47,067 bases of DNA from an uncultured Methanospirillum sp. (GCA_964637135.1 CAZWTX010000019.1:1-47067); one strand, 5' to 3'. Shown: positions 35,869-46,134, numbered from the stretch's first letter. Translations and numbers: made by a program. Notes: generated by a model from the letters alone, not told the origin.

Positions 35869-36701
35869 ACGGGAACCTCCACAGTTGCCCTCCTCGCTGC
35901 CCAGCACTGCACGTTTACTGCAACCGGAAGGGAGGCTGTATGGCAGCCGGTCGTCTTCATCTTCACGGCGAGACAGGTTGTCTTCCCGCCAAGACCCATC
36001 GGTCCGATTCCAAGCCGGTTGATCATGTCGCATATCTGCTGTTCTTCCGGTGTCATGGTGTGCACCGGTTCAAGAAGGGCTTCTTTCGCAGACGCCATGG
36101 CTCCGTCAGAGGTACCCCCGATCCCGACCCCGAGGATCACCGGCGGACAGGGGCGTGCCCCGGCAGAAAGAACGCTCTCTACGATGAACCGTTCAATCTC
36201 CCCGGTCTCTGACGGGGTGAACATCTTCAGGCGGGAGACATTCTCAGATCCGGCACCCTTCGGGAGGACCGTGATGGAAAGGACATTGCCCTGCCTGACA
36301 TGGATAGGGGGCATGTCTAACCCGGTATTATCACCGGTATTGTGTCTTGTGAGCGGATGAACGAGATTCGGCCGGAGCGGGACGCTCTCTGTTGCCTGTC
36401 GTACTCCCTCGTATACCGCATCAGTCACTTCTGCCACGAAGGGAACCTCCGGCGGGAGGGTGAGATAGAGGACCGGTATTCCGGTGTCCTGGCAGAGAGG
36501 TGCCTGTGCTTTTTCTGCCAGCCGGATATTCTCAATGATATTATCCAGCTCCGCGATAGCCACCGGATTTTCCTCGCTGTTTCGTGCGTCAGTTATTCGT
36601 TTTTTCACATCGTCAGGCAGGTAGATTTCAGCTGCCCGGATAGCCTGAACGGTAGCCTGAATTATCCGTTCATAGAGTCCGGAAGGAAGCGGACTGGTCA
36701 T
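35865..36701 (-). CDS. Class I fumarate hydratase, alpha subunit (Fe-S; TtdA family)
   Basis: PLCQDTG, PKGAGSEN, PCPP, GIGPMGLGG and HTASLPVAVNVQCWA motifs; start at MTSPLP. Confidence 0.9.
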   Translation of the reverse strand: MTSPLPSGLYERIIQATVQAIRAAEIYLPDDVKKRITDARNSEENPVAIAELDNIIENIRLAEKAQAPLCQDTGIPVLYLTLPPEVPFVAEVTDAVYEGVRQATESVPLRPNLVHPLTRHNTGDNTGLDMPPIHVRQGNVLSITVLPKGAGSENVSRLKMFTPSETGEIERFIVESVLSAGARPCPPVILGVGIGGTSDGAMASAKEALLEPVHTMTPEEQQICDMINRLGIGPMGLGGKTTCLAVKMKTTGCHTASLPVAVNVQCWAARRATVEVPV

Positions 36702-36843
36702 TTCACTACTATTTCCATGGAAATGAGATGTATCTTTCCAGAGACATGTGCAGGAAGGGAGTGAGAATGTCGTCCGGCCGGGAAGTGTCACCTTCCGTGA
36801 CTGAATGCGTAAAAAAAGTGACCTTGGTATCCGGATGAGGAGG

Positions 36844-37356
36844 TCAGGCCTCGTTTTTAATCTCGACGTCGAGATGGGTCGAGGAGGGGAGCTTCTGGCC
36901 GCCATGCCACAGGGCATCCTTGACCTTGTCAAGGTACTGCGGGGTTGTGTAACAGGTGTAAATCTTCTGGTTCGGCCGTACCCGTGCAGCGGTACCGACT
37001 GCCTTGCCAAAAGCAAGGCGCATACCCTGTGAAACACGGTCTGCTCCCGCACCGGTTGCCTGCTTGTTCTCCCTGAGGACGTGATGGGGGTAGGTCCGGA
37101 GCTTTAAGTGGAAATTGCTCCTCCCGACATCCTTGGTGAGTTTCCTGTTGATACTCATACGGGCTGCTTCGAGTGCGGAATGACGAATCTGGCATGCCTC
37201 GTCGACAATTAAGTGAACCTCCATCGGGAATTCAGCAGTGAGATTGCCCATGTCAAACTGGACAACCTTGATTCCCGGGATACCACCCATGTATTCCTTT
37301 CGGGTGTAGGCCTTTTTTGCCAGGTTCCTGTACATACAGTTTGGTTTTCTGACCAT
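36844..37356 (-). CDS. rpl10e: 50S ribosomal protein uL16 (L10e)
   Basis: [21 protein letters not shown] and [17 protein letters not shown] motifs. Confidence 0.96.
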   Translation of the reverse strand: MVRKPNCMYRNLAKKAYTRKEYMGGIPGIKVVQFDMGNLTAEFPMEVHLIVDEACQIRHSALEAARMSINRKLTKDVGRSNFHLKLRTYPHHVLRENKQATGAGADRVSQGMRLAFGKAVGTAARVRPNQKIYTCYTTPQYLDKVKDALWHGGQKLPSSTHLDVEIKNEA

Positions 37357-37407
37357 CGCTCAATACTCCTCAGATATATGTGCTCTATAAAATGGTCTGA
37401 TAGATAA

Positions 37408-38154
37408 TTAAGGGTTTCTCTGACATTCCTCTTCATCGATCAGGCATAGCACCTCTCTACGTAATGCAGCAAATTCAGGTGCTGTCCGCTCCCTTGGCCG
37501 GGGAATGGTGACCGGAACAACGGTTCTGATGCGACCCGGGCGGGAACTGAGCACTACGATCCGGTCAGAGAGAAAGACCGCCTCGTCAACACTATGGGTG
37601 ACAAAAACGATGGTTTTCAGCAGTTCTGCCTGCATTTTATTCCGCGTCTGTGCATCAAGGGCCCCGAACGGTTCATCCATGAGAAGAATATCCGGATCGT
37701 TTGCGAGGGCCCGGGCGATGGCGACCCGTTGTTTCATCCCGCCGGAGAGTTCATACGGGTAACTCTTCTCAAACTGGGATAATCCGACGAGATCGATGAA
37801 CTGCCTCGCAACGGCATGGCGCTCCTCGTGTTTCACCCCCCGCATCTCAATTCCGAATGCTACATTATCAAGGACATTACGCCAGGGAAAAAGCGAGTAT
37901 TCCTGGAATACCATGCCGACTTTTGGATCAGGACCGGTGATCGCGGTCCTGTCGACGAGGATTTCCCCGCGATCTGCGTGATCAAGGCCGGCAATGATCC
38001 GGAGAAGGGTTGTTTTTCCGCATCCGGAAGGACCAACAAGGGAGATAAATTCATCCTCCCTGATAGAGAGGGAGACATCTTCGAGCGCCCTGACTTCAAC
38101 ATCATCATCACGGGTGAAAACCCGTGATACGGAGCGTATCTCAACACTTCCCAT
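37408..38154 (-). CDS. ABC transporter ATP-binding protein (NrtD/SsuB/TauB family), with an apparent short internal deletion
   Basis: GPSGCGKT, LSGGMKQ, LLMDEPFGALD and FVTH motifs; ATG overlaps the permease stop (TGATG). Confidence 0.9.
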   Translation of the reverse strand: MGSVEIRSVSRVFTRDDDVEVRALEDVSLSIREDEFISLVGPSGCGKTTLLRIIAGLDHADRGEILVDRTAITGPDPKVGMVFQEYSLFPWRNVLDNVAFGIEMRGVKHEERHAVARQFIDLVGLSQFEKSYPYELSGGMKQRVAIARALANDPDILLMDEPFGALDAQTRNKMQAELLKTIVFVTHSVDEAVFLSDRIVVLSSRPGRIRTVVPVTIPRPRERTAPEFAALRREVLCLIDEEECQRNP

Positions 38155-38942
38155 CAGTTCACCTCTCCTTCCCGCCATTTCAGTAGGCTCCGCGTCATCG
38201 CCGTCCTGAAGAGATAATCAATGAAGAGTCCGACGAATCCCAATACGAGCATGTATACAAGGACATTGTCCATCTGGTGAAGGTTATAGTACCACCATAT
38301 CTTCTGCCCGAGTCCGAACCGTGAGACCCCGAACATCTCGGCGGCGACAAGACACATCCAGGCCACTCCGCTCGCTACCCGGAACCCTGCAGCGAGCTGG
38401 GGGAGTGTTGCGGGGAGGGCAATGTACCGGATGAGAGAGAGACTGCTTCTGCACCCGAGCATCCGGCCTGCCTCGACGAAGACCTTCGGGATATTCCGGA
38501 ATCCTTCATAGGTATTGATCAGGATGGGAAAGACCGAACCGATGAAGATGACAAACCCTGCCGAGAAGTCAGTCAGCCCGAACCAGACGATTGCGAACGG
38601 GATCCAGGCGAGCGGGGGAATGGGACGGATGATCTCAATAATCGGATCCAGGAAACGGTTCACACGTTCAAACCAGCCCATGATGATCCCAATAGGTACC
38701 CCTATTACCAGGGCTAGGATCAGTCCGATGAAGAAATGCACCATGCTGATGGTGAAATCATTCAGGAGCGTACCATTTCCGATCAGGCTGACAAACGCAT
38801 CGACGACATCCACGAACGACGGAAGGATGAACGGATTCTGTACGACATAGATCGCCAGCACCTGCCAGAACAGAATGACGGTAATGAGTGAGACAGCCAG
38901 GTATCCGAAGTTGTTTTGGGTTCGGTGGTGTTTTGTACCCAT
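38154..38942 (-). CDS. ABC transporter permease (SsuC/TauC family)
   Basis: RPIPPLAWIP, EAA-like VEAGRMLG and LVAAEM motifs; multiple TM helices. Confidence 0.92.
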   Translation of the reverse strand: MGTKHHRTQNNFGYLAVSLITVILFWQVLAIYVVQNPFILPSFVDVVDAFVSLIGNGTLLNDFTISMVHFFIGLILALVIGVPIGIIMGWFERVNRFLDPIIEIIRPIPPLAWIPFAIVWFGLTDFSAGFVIFIGSVFPILINTYEGFRNIPKVFVEAGRMLGCRSSLSLIRYIALPATLPQLAAGFRVASGVAWMCLVAAEMFGVSRFGLGQKIWWYYNLHQMDNVLVYMLVLGFVGLFIDYLFRTAMTRSLLKWREGEVN

Positions 38943-39020
38943 GTGTGATGCTCACGTGTCTGTTATTCCGGGCCGTCCGGAAATCTTCCGGTACAGCTAA
39001 GGCATTCTAAAAAAGAAAAG

Positions 39021-40055
39021 TTATGGGTTCAGTTGATCCCAGAAACCGGTATCGATAAGGTCGCTAGCAGTGACCTCGGTCTTGATGTATCCGAGGGCAT
39101 GCTGCTCGGAAGCATATTCCTCGACTGACGGACTGATGGCATTCGGATCAGAGACCCACTGCCCGTCCCATTCATCGAGAGACTTCAGGATGACATCTTT
39201 TTCCATGCCGGTCAGCGCCACCATGTATCCGGCAGCCTCGTCCGGGTTCTCCTTGTTGAACTCGGTTGCACGGTTGTTTATCGCAAGCACTTCCCTGACG
39301 ATATCGGGATGGTTGCGGATCATCTCGCCGCTTGCCACGAGAACACAGCATGCATGTCCCGGTGCCATCTCACCAGAATGGACGATGACCCTGCCTGCGC
39401 CGGCCTGCTCAATGGTCGTCGGAGAAGGTGCCGGAAGGAAGACGGCATCCACTTTACCTGCCATGATGGCGGTCGTGGCGTCGCCCGGGCCCATGGCAAC
39501 GATCTTGACATCGGTATCCGGGTTGAGTCCCTGGTTCTTTAGCCAGGTCCGGAGAATGGTGTCCTGGATGGTTCCGGCCGGGAAGGTTGCAATGGAGAGT
39601 CCCTTCAGATCCTGCGGTCCGGAATAATTCAGGGCGGTTCTGATGACAAGATCTGATCCCTGGGTCTGAACGGCACCGATGATCTTGGCATCAAGCCCCG
39701 TTGCCACCGCGGTGACGAACGGTGCGGATCCGACATACGCAAAGTCGAGATCGCCGGCAAGCATGGCCTGCATTTCGGGTGCCCCGGTTGGGAAATTAAA
39801 TGCCTTAACTTCCCTGATGCCCATGGAGCTGAGGGTCTCATTATAGAATCCCTTCTGATATGCTGTCATGAAGGCCATCTGGTGGGTGCTTGGCTGGTAT
39901 CCGATATTCAGGACAGACTTTTCGCCTGCAGAACCTGCTCCGGCAGTTGATGCCGGTACATTCTCCTGGGGTGCCGAGGTGCATCCACACAGGAGCACAA
40001 GTCCGGCAATGAACAGGAGACTGAAAAGTGCATAGATGGACTGTCTCATACTCAT
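39021..40055 (-). CDS. ABC substrate-binding lipoprotein (nitrate/sulfonate/bicarbonate type)
   Basis: Signal peptide with lipobox-like LLCGC; IGYQPSTHQ, FPTGAPEMQAM and HACC motifs. Confidence 0.88.
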   Translation of the reverse strand: MSMRQSIYALFSLLFIAGLVLLCGCTSAPQENVPASTAGAGSAGEKSVLNIGYQPSTHQMAFMTAYQKGFYNETLSSMGIREVKAFNFPTGAPEMQAMLAGDLDFAYVGSAPFVTAVATGLDAKIIGAVQTQGSDLVIRTALNYSGPQDLKGLSIATFPAGTIQDTILRTWLKNQGLNPDTDVKIVAMGPGDATTAIMAGKVDAVFLPAPSPTTIEQAGAGRVIVHSGEMAPGHACCVLVASGEMIRNHPDIVREVLAINNRATEFNKENPDEAAGYMVALTGMEKDVILKSLDEWDGQWVSDPNAISPSVEEYASEQHALGYIKTEVTASDLIDTGFWDQLNP

Positions 40056-40245
40056 CTTCAGTAGAAAATACGGGGTGACATATGAAAAAAATATCCCTTA
40101 TTAGCGAGTGATTAAGATTATGGGGAAATTTAATCCATAAAAATTGCCCGTTAAAGGGCAACAGATCTCTTCTTTCCCGACCTGGTTCCTATCAGGTGTC
40201 ATCCGAGGGATTATGCGGCCAGGAGGCGCACCTTTCTCCGATTTC

Positions 40246-41727
40246 ATGCAGAAAGATCTGGTCAGGGCAGGACGTCTGTCCGGGGTGAGAACCCGGGATA
40301 TTGAGACGTTTCTCTCATCCATGGATGCCGATCGTCATATTGCTGATGCGGATATCCTGGTTGATATCGCCCATCTTACCATGCTTGCGGACCAGGGCAT
40401 TGTCGGCCCGGAGTATGCGGGTCCCCTGATGCGTTCTCTTCTCTCCCTGTACGAGAAGGGCGTTCCCGCCGAGGCGTTCGATTCCTGTCATGAGGATATC
40501 CATGCTGGTATCGAGGCATTCCTGACCCGTGAAGCAGGACAGGAGGCCGGTGGGCGGCTGCATATCGGAAGATCGCGGAATGACGAGGTGGCCACGTGTC
40601 TCCGTGTCAGAACCCGTGCGGATTTGCTCGGTCAGATGAAGGCTCTGACCGGGCTTCGGAAGATCCTTCTTACCCTTGCTGCAACCCACACCGGTTCAGT
40701 CATGCCAGGATTCACCCACCTGCAGCATGCCCAGCCGACAACCCTTGCCCACCACCTCCTCGCATACGAACAGGTATTCAGCCGCGATTATGGCCGGCTG
40801 TACGATGCATATGCCCGGTTGAATCAGTCCCCGCTCGGCAGTGCCGCCTTTGCCACGACCGGCTACCCGATTGACCGGGAACAGACAGCCGGGTACCTCG
40901 GGTTTGACGGACTGGTCCTGAATACGATGGATGCCGTTGCATCCCGTGATGTCTTCATCGAGGTACTTGCTGCAGATACCCTCCTCCTCATGTCAATATC
41001 GCGATTTTGCGAGGAACTGGTACTCTGGAGTTCCCTGTTTGTCCGGTTTGTTGATCTCGACGAGATTTACTGTTCGACGAGTTCCATTATGCCCCAGAAG
41101 AAGAATCCGGATGTCGCAGAGATTCTCCGCTCACGGGCAGGAACCCTGCTCGGGCGCCTGGTTTCAGCGGTCACGATCATGAAAGGACTCCCGATGTCAT
41201 ACAATCGTGATATGCAGGATCTCAATCCCCATCTCTGGGAAGGGATCTGTGACGTAAGAAGGGATATTGACCTCCTTGCCGGGATGTTGGAGACGGCTTC
41301 CTTTGATCTGCACCGGATGGAGGAGGAGGCAGGATGTGGTTTTTCAACCGCTACCGAGCTTGCCGATACCCTTGTCAGGAGATATGGGATTGCCTTCAGA
41401 ACGGCCCACCATATTGTCGGTCGGGCAGTCAGGAACCGGTCGCTGGATCTTACAACCCTTGATGCAGCTGCGGAGCAGTTCCTCGGGAAGAGCCTGAGTT
41501 CTCTTGGGGTGACAGAAGCGGATATCAGGGATGCCCTTTCGGTACAGACCGGGATTGCCGTCAGGAACCATCCGGGCGGCCCTGCTCCGGATGCCGCTTT
41601 AGATGCCATCAGGCAGCAGGAACACCTCCTGACCGGGGATCTGACCCGGCTGACGGATTTGATTGCCCACCTGGACAAAGCGACAGAGAAACTTTTCACC
41701 GATGCAAAAAGGATAGCAGCGTTATGA
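40246..41727 (+). CDS. argH: Argininosuccinate lyase
   Basis: HEDIH, GRSRNDEVAT, MPGFTHLQHAQP, SSIMPQKKNPD and YNRDMQ motifs. Confidence 0.96.
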   Translation: MQKDLVRAGRLSGVRTRDIETFLSSMDADRHIADADILVDIAHLTMLADQGIVGPEYAGPLMRSLLSLYEKGVPAEAFDSCHEDIHAGIEAFLTREAGQEAGGRLHIGRSRNDEVATCLRVRTRADLLGQMKALTGLRKILLTLAATHTGSVMPGFTHLQHAQPTTLAHHLLAYEQVFSRDYGRLYDAYARLNQSPLGSAAFATTGYPIDREQTAGYLGFDGLVLNTMDAVASRDVFIEVLAADTLLLMSISRFCEELVLWSSLFVRFVDLDEIYCSTSSIMPQKKNPDVAEILRSRAGTLLGRLVSAVTIMKGLPMSYNRDMQDLNPHLWEGICDVRRDIDLLAGMLETASFDLHRMEEEAGCGFSTATELADTLVRRYGIAFRTAHHIVGRAVRNRSLDLTTLDAAAEQFLGKSLSSLGVTEADIRDALSVQTGIAVRNHPGGPAPDAALDAIRQQEHLLTGDLTRLTDLIAHLDKATEKLFTDAKRIAAL

Positions 41728-42953
41728 ATACCAGTATAGATTCCGGTGACCTCGTACAGTGCAGTATTGACGACTGTTCCTGTGAAGGCACCTATATCAC
41801 AAGCCGCGAAGGTATGGCAATCGTCAAATTGTCGTCAGGATACAATATCGGCACGCCGGAAAACACCCTCGTTCTTCTCGAAAAACGGGAGGCACTTCCT
41901 GCCGCGGTTTCTGATGTTCCCCAGGATGAATCCCTCCCGAAGGTGACGATCATCTCTACGGGGGGCACTATTGCCAGCAGGATAGACTACCGTACCGGGG
42001 CCGTGACCAGCCAGTTCCGGGCAACAGATATCCTTCATGCCATTCCCGGTCTAACCGGCATCGCCCGATTCGGTGCTGTCCAGTTGAGCAACATTCTCTC
42101 AGAGAACATGACCCCTGCTATCTGGCGGCAGCTTGCCTGGGCGGTGCACGACGAGATACAGGCTGGAGCACAGGGAATCATCATCACCCACGGAACCGAT
42201 ACGATGGCATACAGTGCTGCTGCGATCAGTTTCATGGTGAAAACCCCGGTCCCGATTATCTTTGTCGGTTCCCAGCGTTCTGCCGACCGGCCGAGCAGTG
42301 ACAACGTGATGAACGGCCTGTGTGCAGCCACAGCCGCGGTGTCAGATCTCGGGGAAGTGGCGGTCGTGATGCATGCCGGAACAAGTGATGATCTCTGTGC
42401 CCTCCACCGGGGAACCCGGGTCAGGAAGATGCATACCTCGCGGAGGGATGCGTTCCGAAGCCTTGGCCACGAGACGCTCGGCACCATCGCTTACCCGTCG
42501 CTTGATCTCACGATCTCTGCCGGTGCCGTAAGAAGGGGGGTGCATGAACTGGCCCTTCATGATCGGCTCATGGATAAATGCGGACTCATCTGGTATTATC
42601 CCGGGATGGATCCGGCAATCCTTTCTGCGTACCAGGGATACCGGGGACTCGTGATCGCCGGGACCGGGCTTGGGCATACCGGCACGTCCCTCATCGATCG
42701 GCTGAGAGCCCTGAGCGCGGACGGCACGCTCATCGTGATGACTTCCCAGTGCCTGAACGGCCGGGTCTGTGACCGGGTCTACGATACCGGCCGGGATCTT
42801 CTTGATGCCGGGGTGATCGAGGGCGAGGATATGCTTCCCGAGGTTGCCCTCGTCAAGCTCATGTGGGTACTCGGCCAAACCGGGGACCGGGATACTGCCG
42901 TTCAGATGATGCAGACCGATCTTGCAGGCGAACTGAACCGGAGGTCGATCTGA
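41724..42953 (+). CDS. gatD: Glutamyl-tRNA(Gln) amidotransferase subunit D
   Basis: N-terminal KLSSGYNIG domain, asparaginase motifs STGGTIAS and HGTDTM, GSQRSADRPSSD, KMHTSRRDAF. Confidence 0.96.
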   Translation: MNTSIDSGDLVQCSIDDCSCEGTYITSREGMAIVKLSSGYNIGTPENTLVLLEKREALPAAVSDVPQDESLPKVTIISTGGTIASRIDYRTGAVTSQFRATDILHAIPGLTGIARFGAVQLSNILSENMTPAIWRQLAWAVHDEIQAGAQGIIITHGTDTMAYSAAAISFMVKTPVPIIFVGSQRSADRPSSDNVMNGLCAATAAVSDLGEVAVVMHAGTSDDLCALHRGTRVRKMHTSRRDAFRSLGHETLGTIAYPSLDLTISAGAVRRGVHELALHDRLMDKCGLIWYYPGMDPAILSAYQGYRGLVIAGTGLGHTGTSLIDRLRALSADGTLIVMTSQCLNGRVCDRVYDTGRDLLDAGVIEGEDMLPEVALVKLMWVLGQTGDRDTAVQMMQTDLAGELNRRSI

Positions 42954-44794
42954 TGACTTTTGATTATGAAGCCCTCGGACTCATCGCGGGGATCGAGATT
43001 CACCAGCAGCTGAATACGGGCGAGAAACTCTTCTGCCGGTGCCCGACGGTGATCCGGGACGCCGGCGAGTCAGACGGAGAGTTTTTCCGGTACCTCAGGG
43101 CAACGAAGAGTGAACTTGGCCAGATTGACCAGGCAGCAGCCGAAGAGATGATGCAACAGCGCCGGTTCAGGTATCTTACCTACCCGACGACCTGCCTCGT
43201 GGAGAATGATGAGGAACCCCCGGGCCCGTTAAACCCGGAGGCACTTGATATCGTTCTCACGATTGCGAAGGTCTGCGGGATGAGAGTTGTGCCCGAGATC
43301 TGCACGATGCGCAAGCTGGTCATCGATGGCTCCAATACCTCGGGGTTCCAGCGGACCGCGATGGTGGCAATGAATGGAACCGTGCCGTCCGGTGCGATCA
43401 TCGAGACGGTCTGTGTCGAGGAAGAAGCAGCACAGCGGATAGAGGATGCCTGTTTCTCCCTTGACCGGCTCGGTATCCCGCTTATTGAGATCACCACTGC
43501 CCCGTGCCTCCATACTCCTGAAGCGGTGTATGATACTGCAGCGCAGATCGGGATGATCCTCCGGTCTACCGGCAAGGTAAAGCGTGGAATCGGGACTATC
43601 CGACAGGATATCAATATCTCTATCCGCGATGGGGCCCGTGTCGAGATCAAAGGGGTCCAGGAGTTAGACCTCATCACCGAGGTAGTGAGCCGAGAGGTAC
43701 AGCGCCAGGTTACCCTTCTTGAGATCAGGGATGAGCTCATCAGACGTGGGGCATCAGTTTCGGATGAACCGGTTGATGTGACCTCTCTGTTTAGATCAAG
43801 CGGGAGCAGGATACTCCAGAAAGCGAAGATGATCCTCGCGATCCGGCTGAACGGATTTGCCGGCCTTGTCGGGAAGGAGATACAGCCGGGACGTCGTCTT
43901 GGCAGCGAGATGTCTGATTATGCAAAGAAATGTGGTGTCGGCGGTCTCTTCCACACCGACGAACTCCCGGCATACGGGGTGACTGACGAGGAGGTCTCTG
44001 CCCTGAAGAACGCCTGCTCGGCCGGGGAAAACGACTGTGTCATCCTGGTTGCCGATTCTCCGGAGAAATGCCGGTGTGCAATCCGACAGATCATCCGTCG
44101 GAGCCGGATGGCAATGGAGGAGATCCCCAAGGAGACGAGGAAGATGCTTGAAGGCGGCTCCACTGCGTACATGCGGCCCCTTCCGGGTGCTGCCCGGATG
44201 TACCCGGAGACTGATGTGCTTCCGGTCCGCATATCGAAAGAACACGTCGATGCACTCGTGGTTCCGGAACTGATCACCGACCGGATTGAACGGTACAGCC
44301 GGGAATACACCCTGACGAAAGAAGTTGCACGGCAACTTGCCTACTCTGAACGCGGGCCGGCATTTGAGGAAGCGGTTGCAGCAGGAATCAAGCCTAGCCT
44401 TGCCGAACGTGCGTTCAACTCGACGCTCCGTGAGATCAGCCGTTCAGGGGTGGTGACTGCCAATATCGACGACGATGCCATCCTGGGAGTTCTTGGAGCA
44501 ATCCAGGAGGGGAGGGTTGCAAAAGAAGCGATCCCTGTGATCCTGTCCTCCCTTGCCGGAGGGGCGGATCTTGAGCAGGTTCTGGCTACCGCCGCTCCGC
44601 AGGTGACTGCCAGAGACCTTGAGAGAATTGTTGCCGATATTGTTGCCGAACGGATCGCCTTTGTCAGGGAGAAAGGGCCGGGAGCAGCAGGACCCCTGAT
44701 GGGGGTTGTCATGAAAGAGGTCAGGGGCTCGGTTGATGGAAAACTGGTAAGCCAGGCTCTGACGGCAGCGATCAGGAAGGCTCTCTCTCCCTGA
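42953..44794 (+). CDS. gatE: Glutamyl-tRNA(Gln) amidotransferase subunit E
   Basis: GIEIHQQL, KLFC, IDGSNTSGFQRT, LDRLGIPLIEI and RPLPGAARMYPETD motifs; ATG overlaps the gatD stop. Confidence 0.96.
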   Translation: MTFDYEALGLIAGIEIHQQLNTGEKLFCRCPTVIRDAGESDGEFFRYLRATKSELGQIDQAAAEEMMQQRRFRYLTYPTTCLVENDEEPPGPLNPEALDIVLTIAKVCGMRVVPEICTMRKLVIDGSNTSGFQRTAMVAMNGTVPSGAIIETVCVEEEAAQRIEDACFSLDRLGIPLIEITTAPCLHTPEAVYDTAAQIGMILRSTGKVKRGIGTIRQDINISIRDGARVEIKGVQELDLITEVVSREVQRQVTLLEIRDELIRRGASVSDEPVDVTSLFRSSGSRILQKAKMILAIRLNGFAGLVGKEIQPGRRLGSEMSDYAKKCGVGGLFHTDELPAYGVTDEEVSALKNACSAGENDCVILVADSPEKCRCAIRQIIRRSRMAMEEIPKETRKMLEGGSTAYMRPLPGAARMYPETDVLPVRISKEHVDALVVPELITDRIERYSREYTLTKEVARQLAYSERGPAFEEAVAAGIKPSLAERAFNSTLREISRSGVVTANIDDDAILGVLGAIQEGRVAKEAIPVILSSLAGGADLEQVLATAAPQVTARDLERIVADIVAERIAFVREKGPGAAGPLMGVVMKEVRGSVDGKLVSQALTAAIRKALSP

Positions 44795-44861
44795 AGACTG
44801 GAAGAGAACCTTTAACTGAATATATTGGTAAATAGTAAAGGCATTCCACGGATGTGATATC

Positions 44862-45188
44862 ATGGGTAAGACAGGAACCACTGAATGGAACCAGGTAAAA
44901 GGGAGCAAAGGCCAGATCAGACTTGTTCCCCGGAAAGAAGCCAATGCAAAGAAGCCCGGGCCAAACCAGCGCTTCAAATCCCAGTCGACAATTCGTAAAA
45001 TTGAACGCAGTTCTTCGCGTGGCGGCCGTGACGCAGGTCGTGGCCCGGCACGTGGCGGCCAGCGTGGCGGACGAGGCGGACGCGGTGGCAGACCAGGCCA
45101 GGCAGTCCCGCTGCGGACCATGGCAGCCCGCCGGCGGATTACCCGTGCAAAGACATCTGTGCTCGGAGCAAAGCAGCGCTCCAAATAA
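44862..45188 (+). CDS. Small basic protein (DUF5350-like) with an RGG-rich middle
   Basis: MGKTGTTEW..VKG N-terminus and PGPNQRF motif recalled from this methanogen family; very Arg/Lys/Gly-rich; AT-rich promoter-like region upstream. Confidence 0.75.
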   Translation: MGKTGTTEWNQVKGSKGQIRLVPRKEANAKKPGPNQRFKSQSTIRKIERSSSRGGRDAGRGPARGGQRGGRGGRGGRPGQAVPLRTMAARRRITRAKTSVLGAKQRSK

Positions 45189-45257
45189 TCGAATAATTAT
45201 ACCCTTTTTTCTGCATAACGCAGGTCTATAGATTAATCATTGCGTCAAGTACGTACT

Positions 45258-45614
45258 ATGGATAAAAAGGGAGCTTTATCGGCCTATCAGTTCGGGGAAC
45301 GATCGAAATCCGAACTGATGATAGCATCCCAGCTGATAACGAAACTCTCCGGACTGAAGGATCAGGAGCGATCAGGCGGGGTAAAGATCGTCATGCAGTG
45401 TCTTGAATCGGTCAGGATGGAGATCACGTTTGCGAACCGGATGACCGGCCTGACCGAGTTCCAGAAGGCTGTTGAAGGCCTGAACACGGTTATCAGTCTT
45501 GTCGAGAGTAACGATCTCGATGGTGCCGTCAGACAGGTGGGGACTGCGATGACCCATGTCACCACCGTTGCGGCACAGGCATGGCAGGAACTTGAAAAGC
45601 ATGAACTTGTCTGA
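45258..45614 (+). CDS. Hypothetical helical protein
   Basis: 118-aa ORF filling the space between neighbours and overlapping the next ATG; predicted all-alpha. Confidence 0.7.
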   Translation: MDKKGALSAYQFGERSKSELMIASQLITKLSGLKDQERSGGVKIVMQCLESVRMEITFANRMTGLTEFQKAVEGLNTVISLVESNDLDGAVRQVGTAMTHVTTVAAQAWQELEKHELV

Positions 45615-46134
45615 GTTCGATAGGTTTCTTTCAGGAAGAGTGTCAGTCCGTCAGTATGACGACCGTGAGGTATCCGATGAACTGGTGCATGAGATCATCC
45701 GGACAACCCGGTCTGCCCCCTCTGCCGGAAACCTTGAGTCATGGGATGTGGTTATTGTTACAGAGGAGGGACAGCGGGAGCTTCTCTCTGATGCTGCATT
45801 AAACCAGCAGCATGTCCGTGATGCACCGGTTACGCTGGTTATCTGTGCAAATTATGTCAGATCCATGTCCCGGTACCAGGAACGCGGTATCCTGTATGCG
45901 CTCGAAGATGCATCCATCGCCGCCACTTACCTGATGCTCGCTGCACATGCCGCCGGACTTGGATCCTGCTGGACCGGGGCCTTTGACGATGAGACTGTCC
46001 GTGAGATACTCGGGCTGCCTCCCCATATCAGGCCGGTTGCCCTGCTTACCGTTGGTTATCCGAAGGAAGCACCACGGGGACCTGAGCGGATGACCACCGG
46101 CGAACACCTGCATTACGAATACTGGGATACCTGA
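45601..46134 (+). CDS. Nitroreductase family protein
   Basis: [36 protein letters not shown] and LTVGYP motifs. Confidence 0.92.
   Translation: MNLSEFDRFLSGRVSVRQYDDREVSDELVHEIIRTTRSAPSAGNLESWDVVIVTEEGQRELLSDAALNQQHVRDAPVTLVICANYVRSMSRYQERGILYALEDASIAATYLMLAAHAAGLGSCWTGAFDDETVREILGLPPHIRPVALLTVGYPKEAPRGPERMTTGEHLHYEYWDT

Noticed and set aside
36702..37052. Long N-terminal extensions of the fumarase ORFs (and similarly of carA, argH, gatE and the MFS gene) in the ORF track
   Set aside because: The extensions overlap neighbouring genes or promoter regions; family homology begins at the downstream ATGs used here
40123..40137. Possible NrpR operator upstream of the ABC transporter/argH
   Set aside because: GGAA-N6-TCCA does not match the GGAA-N6-TTCC consensus
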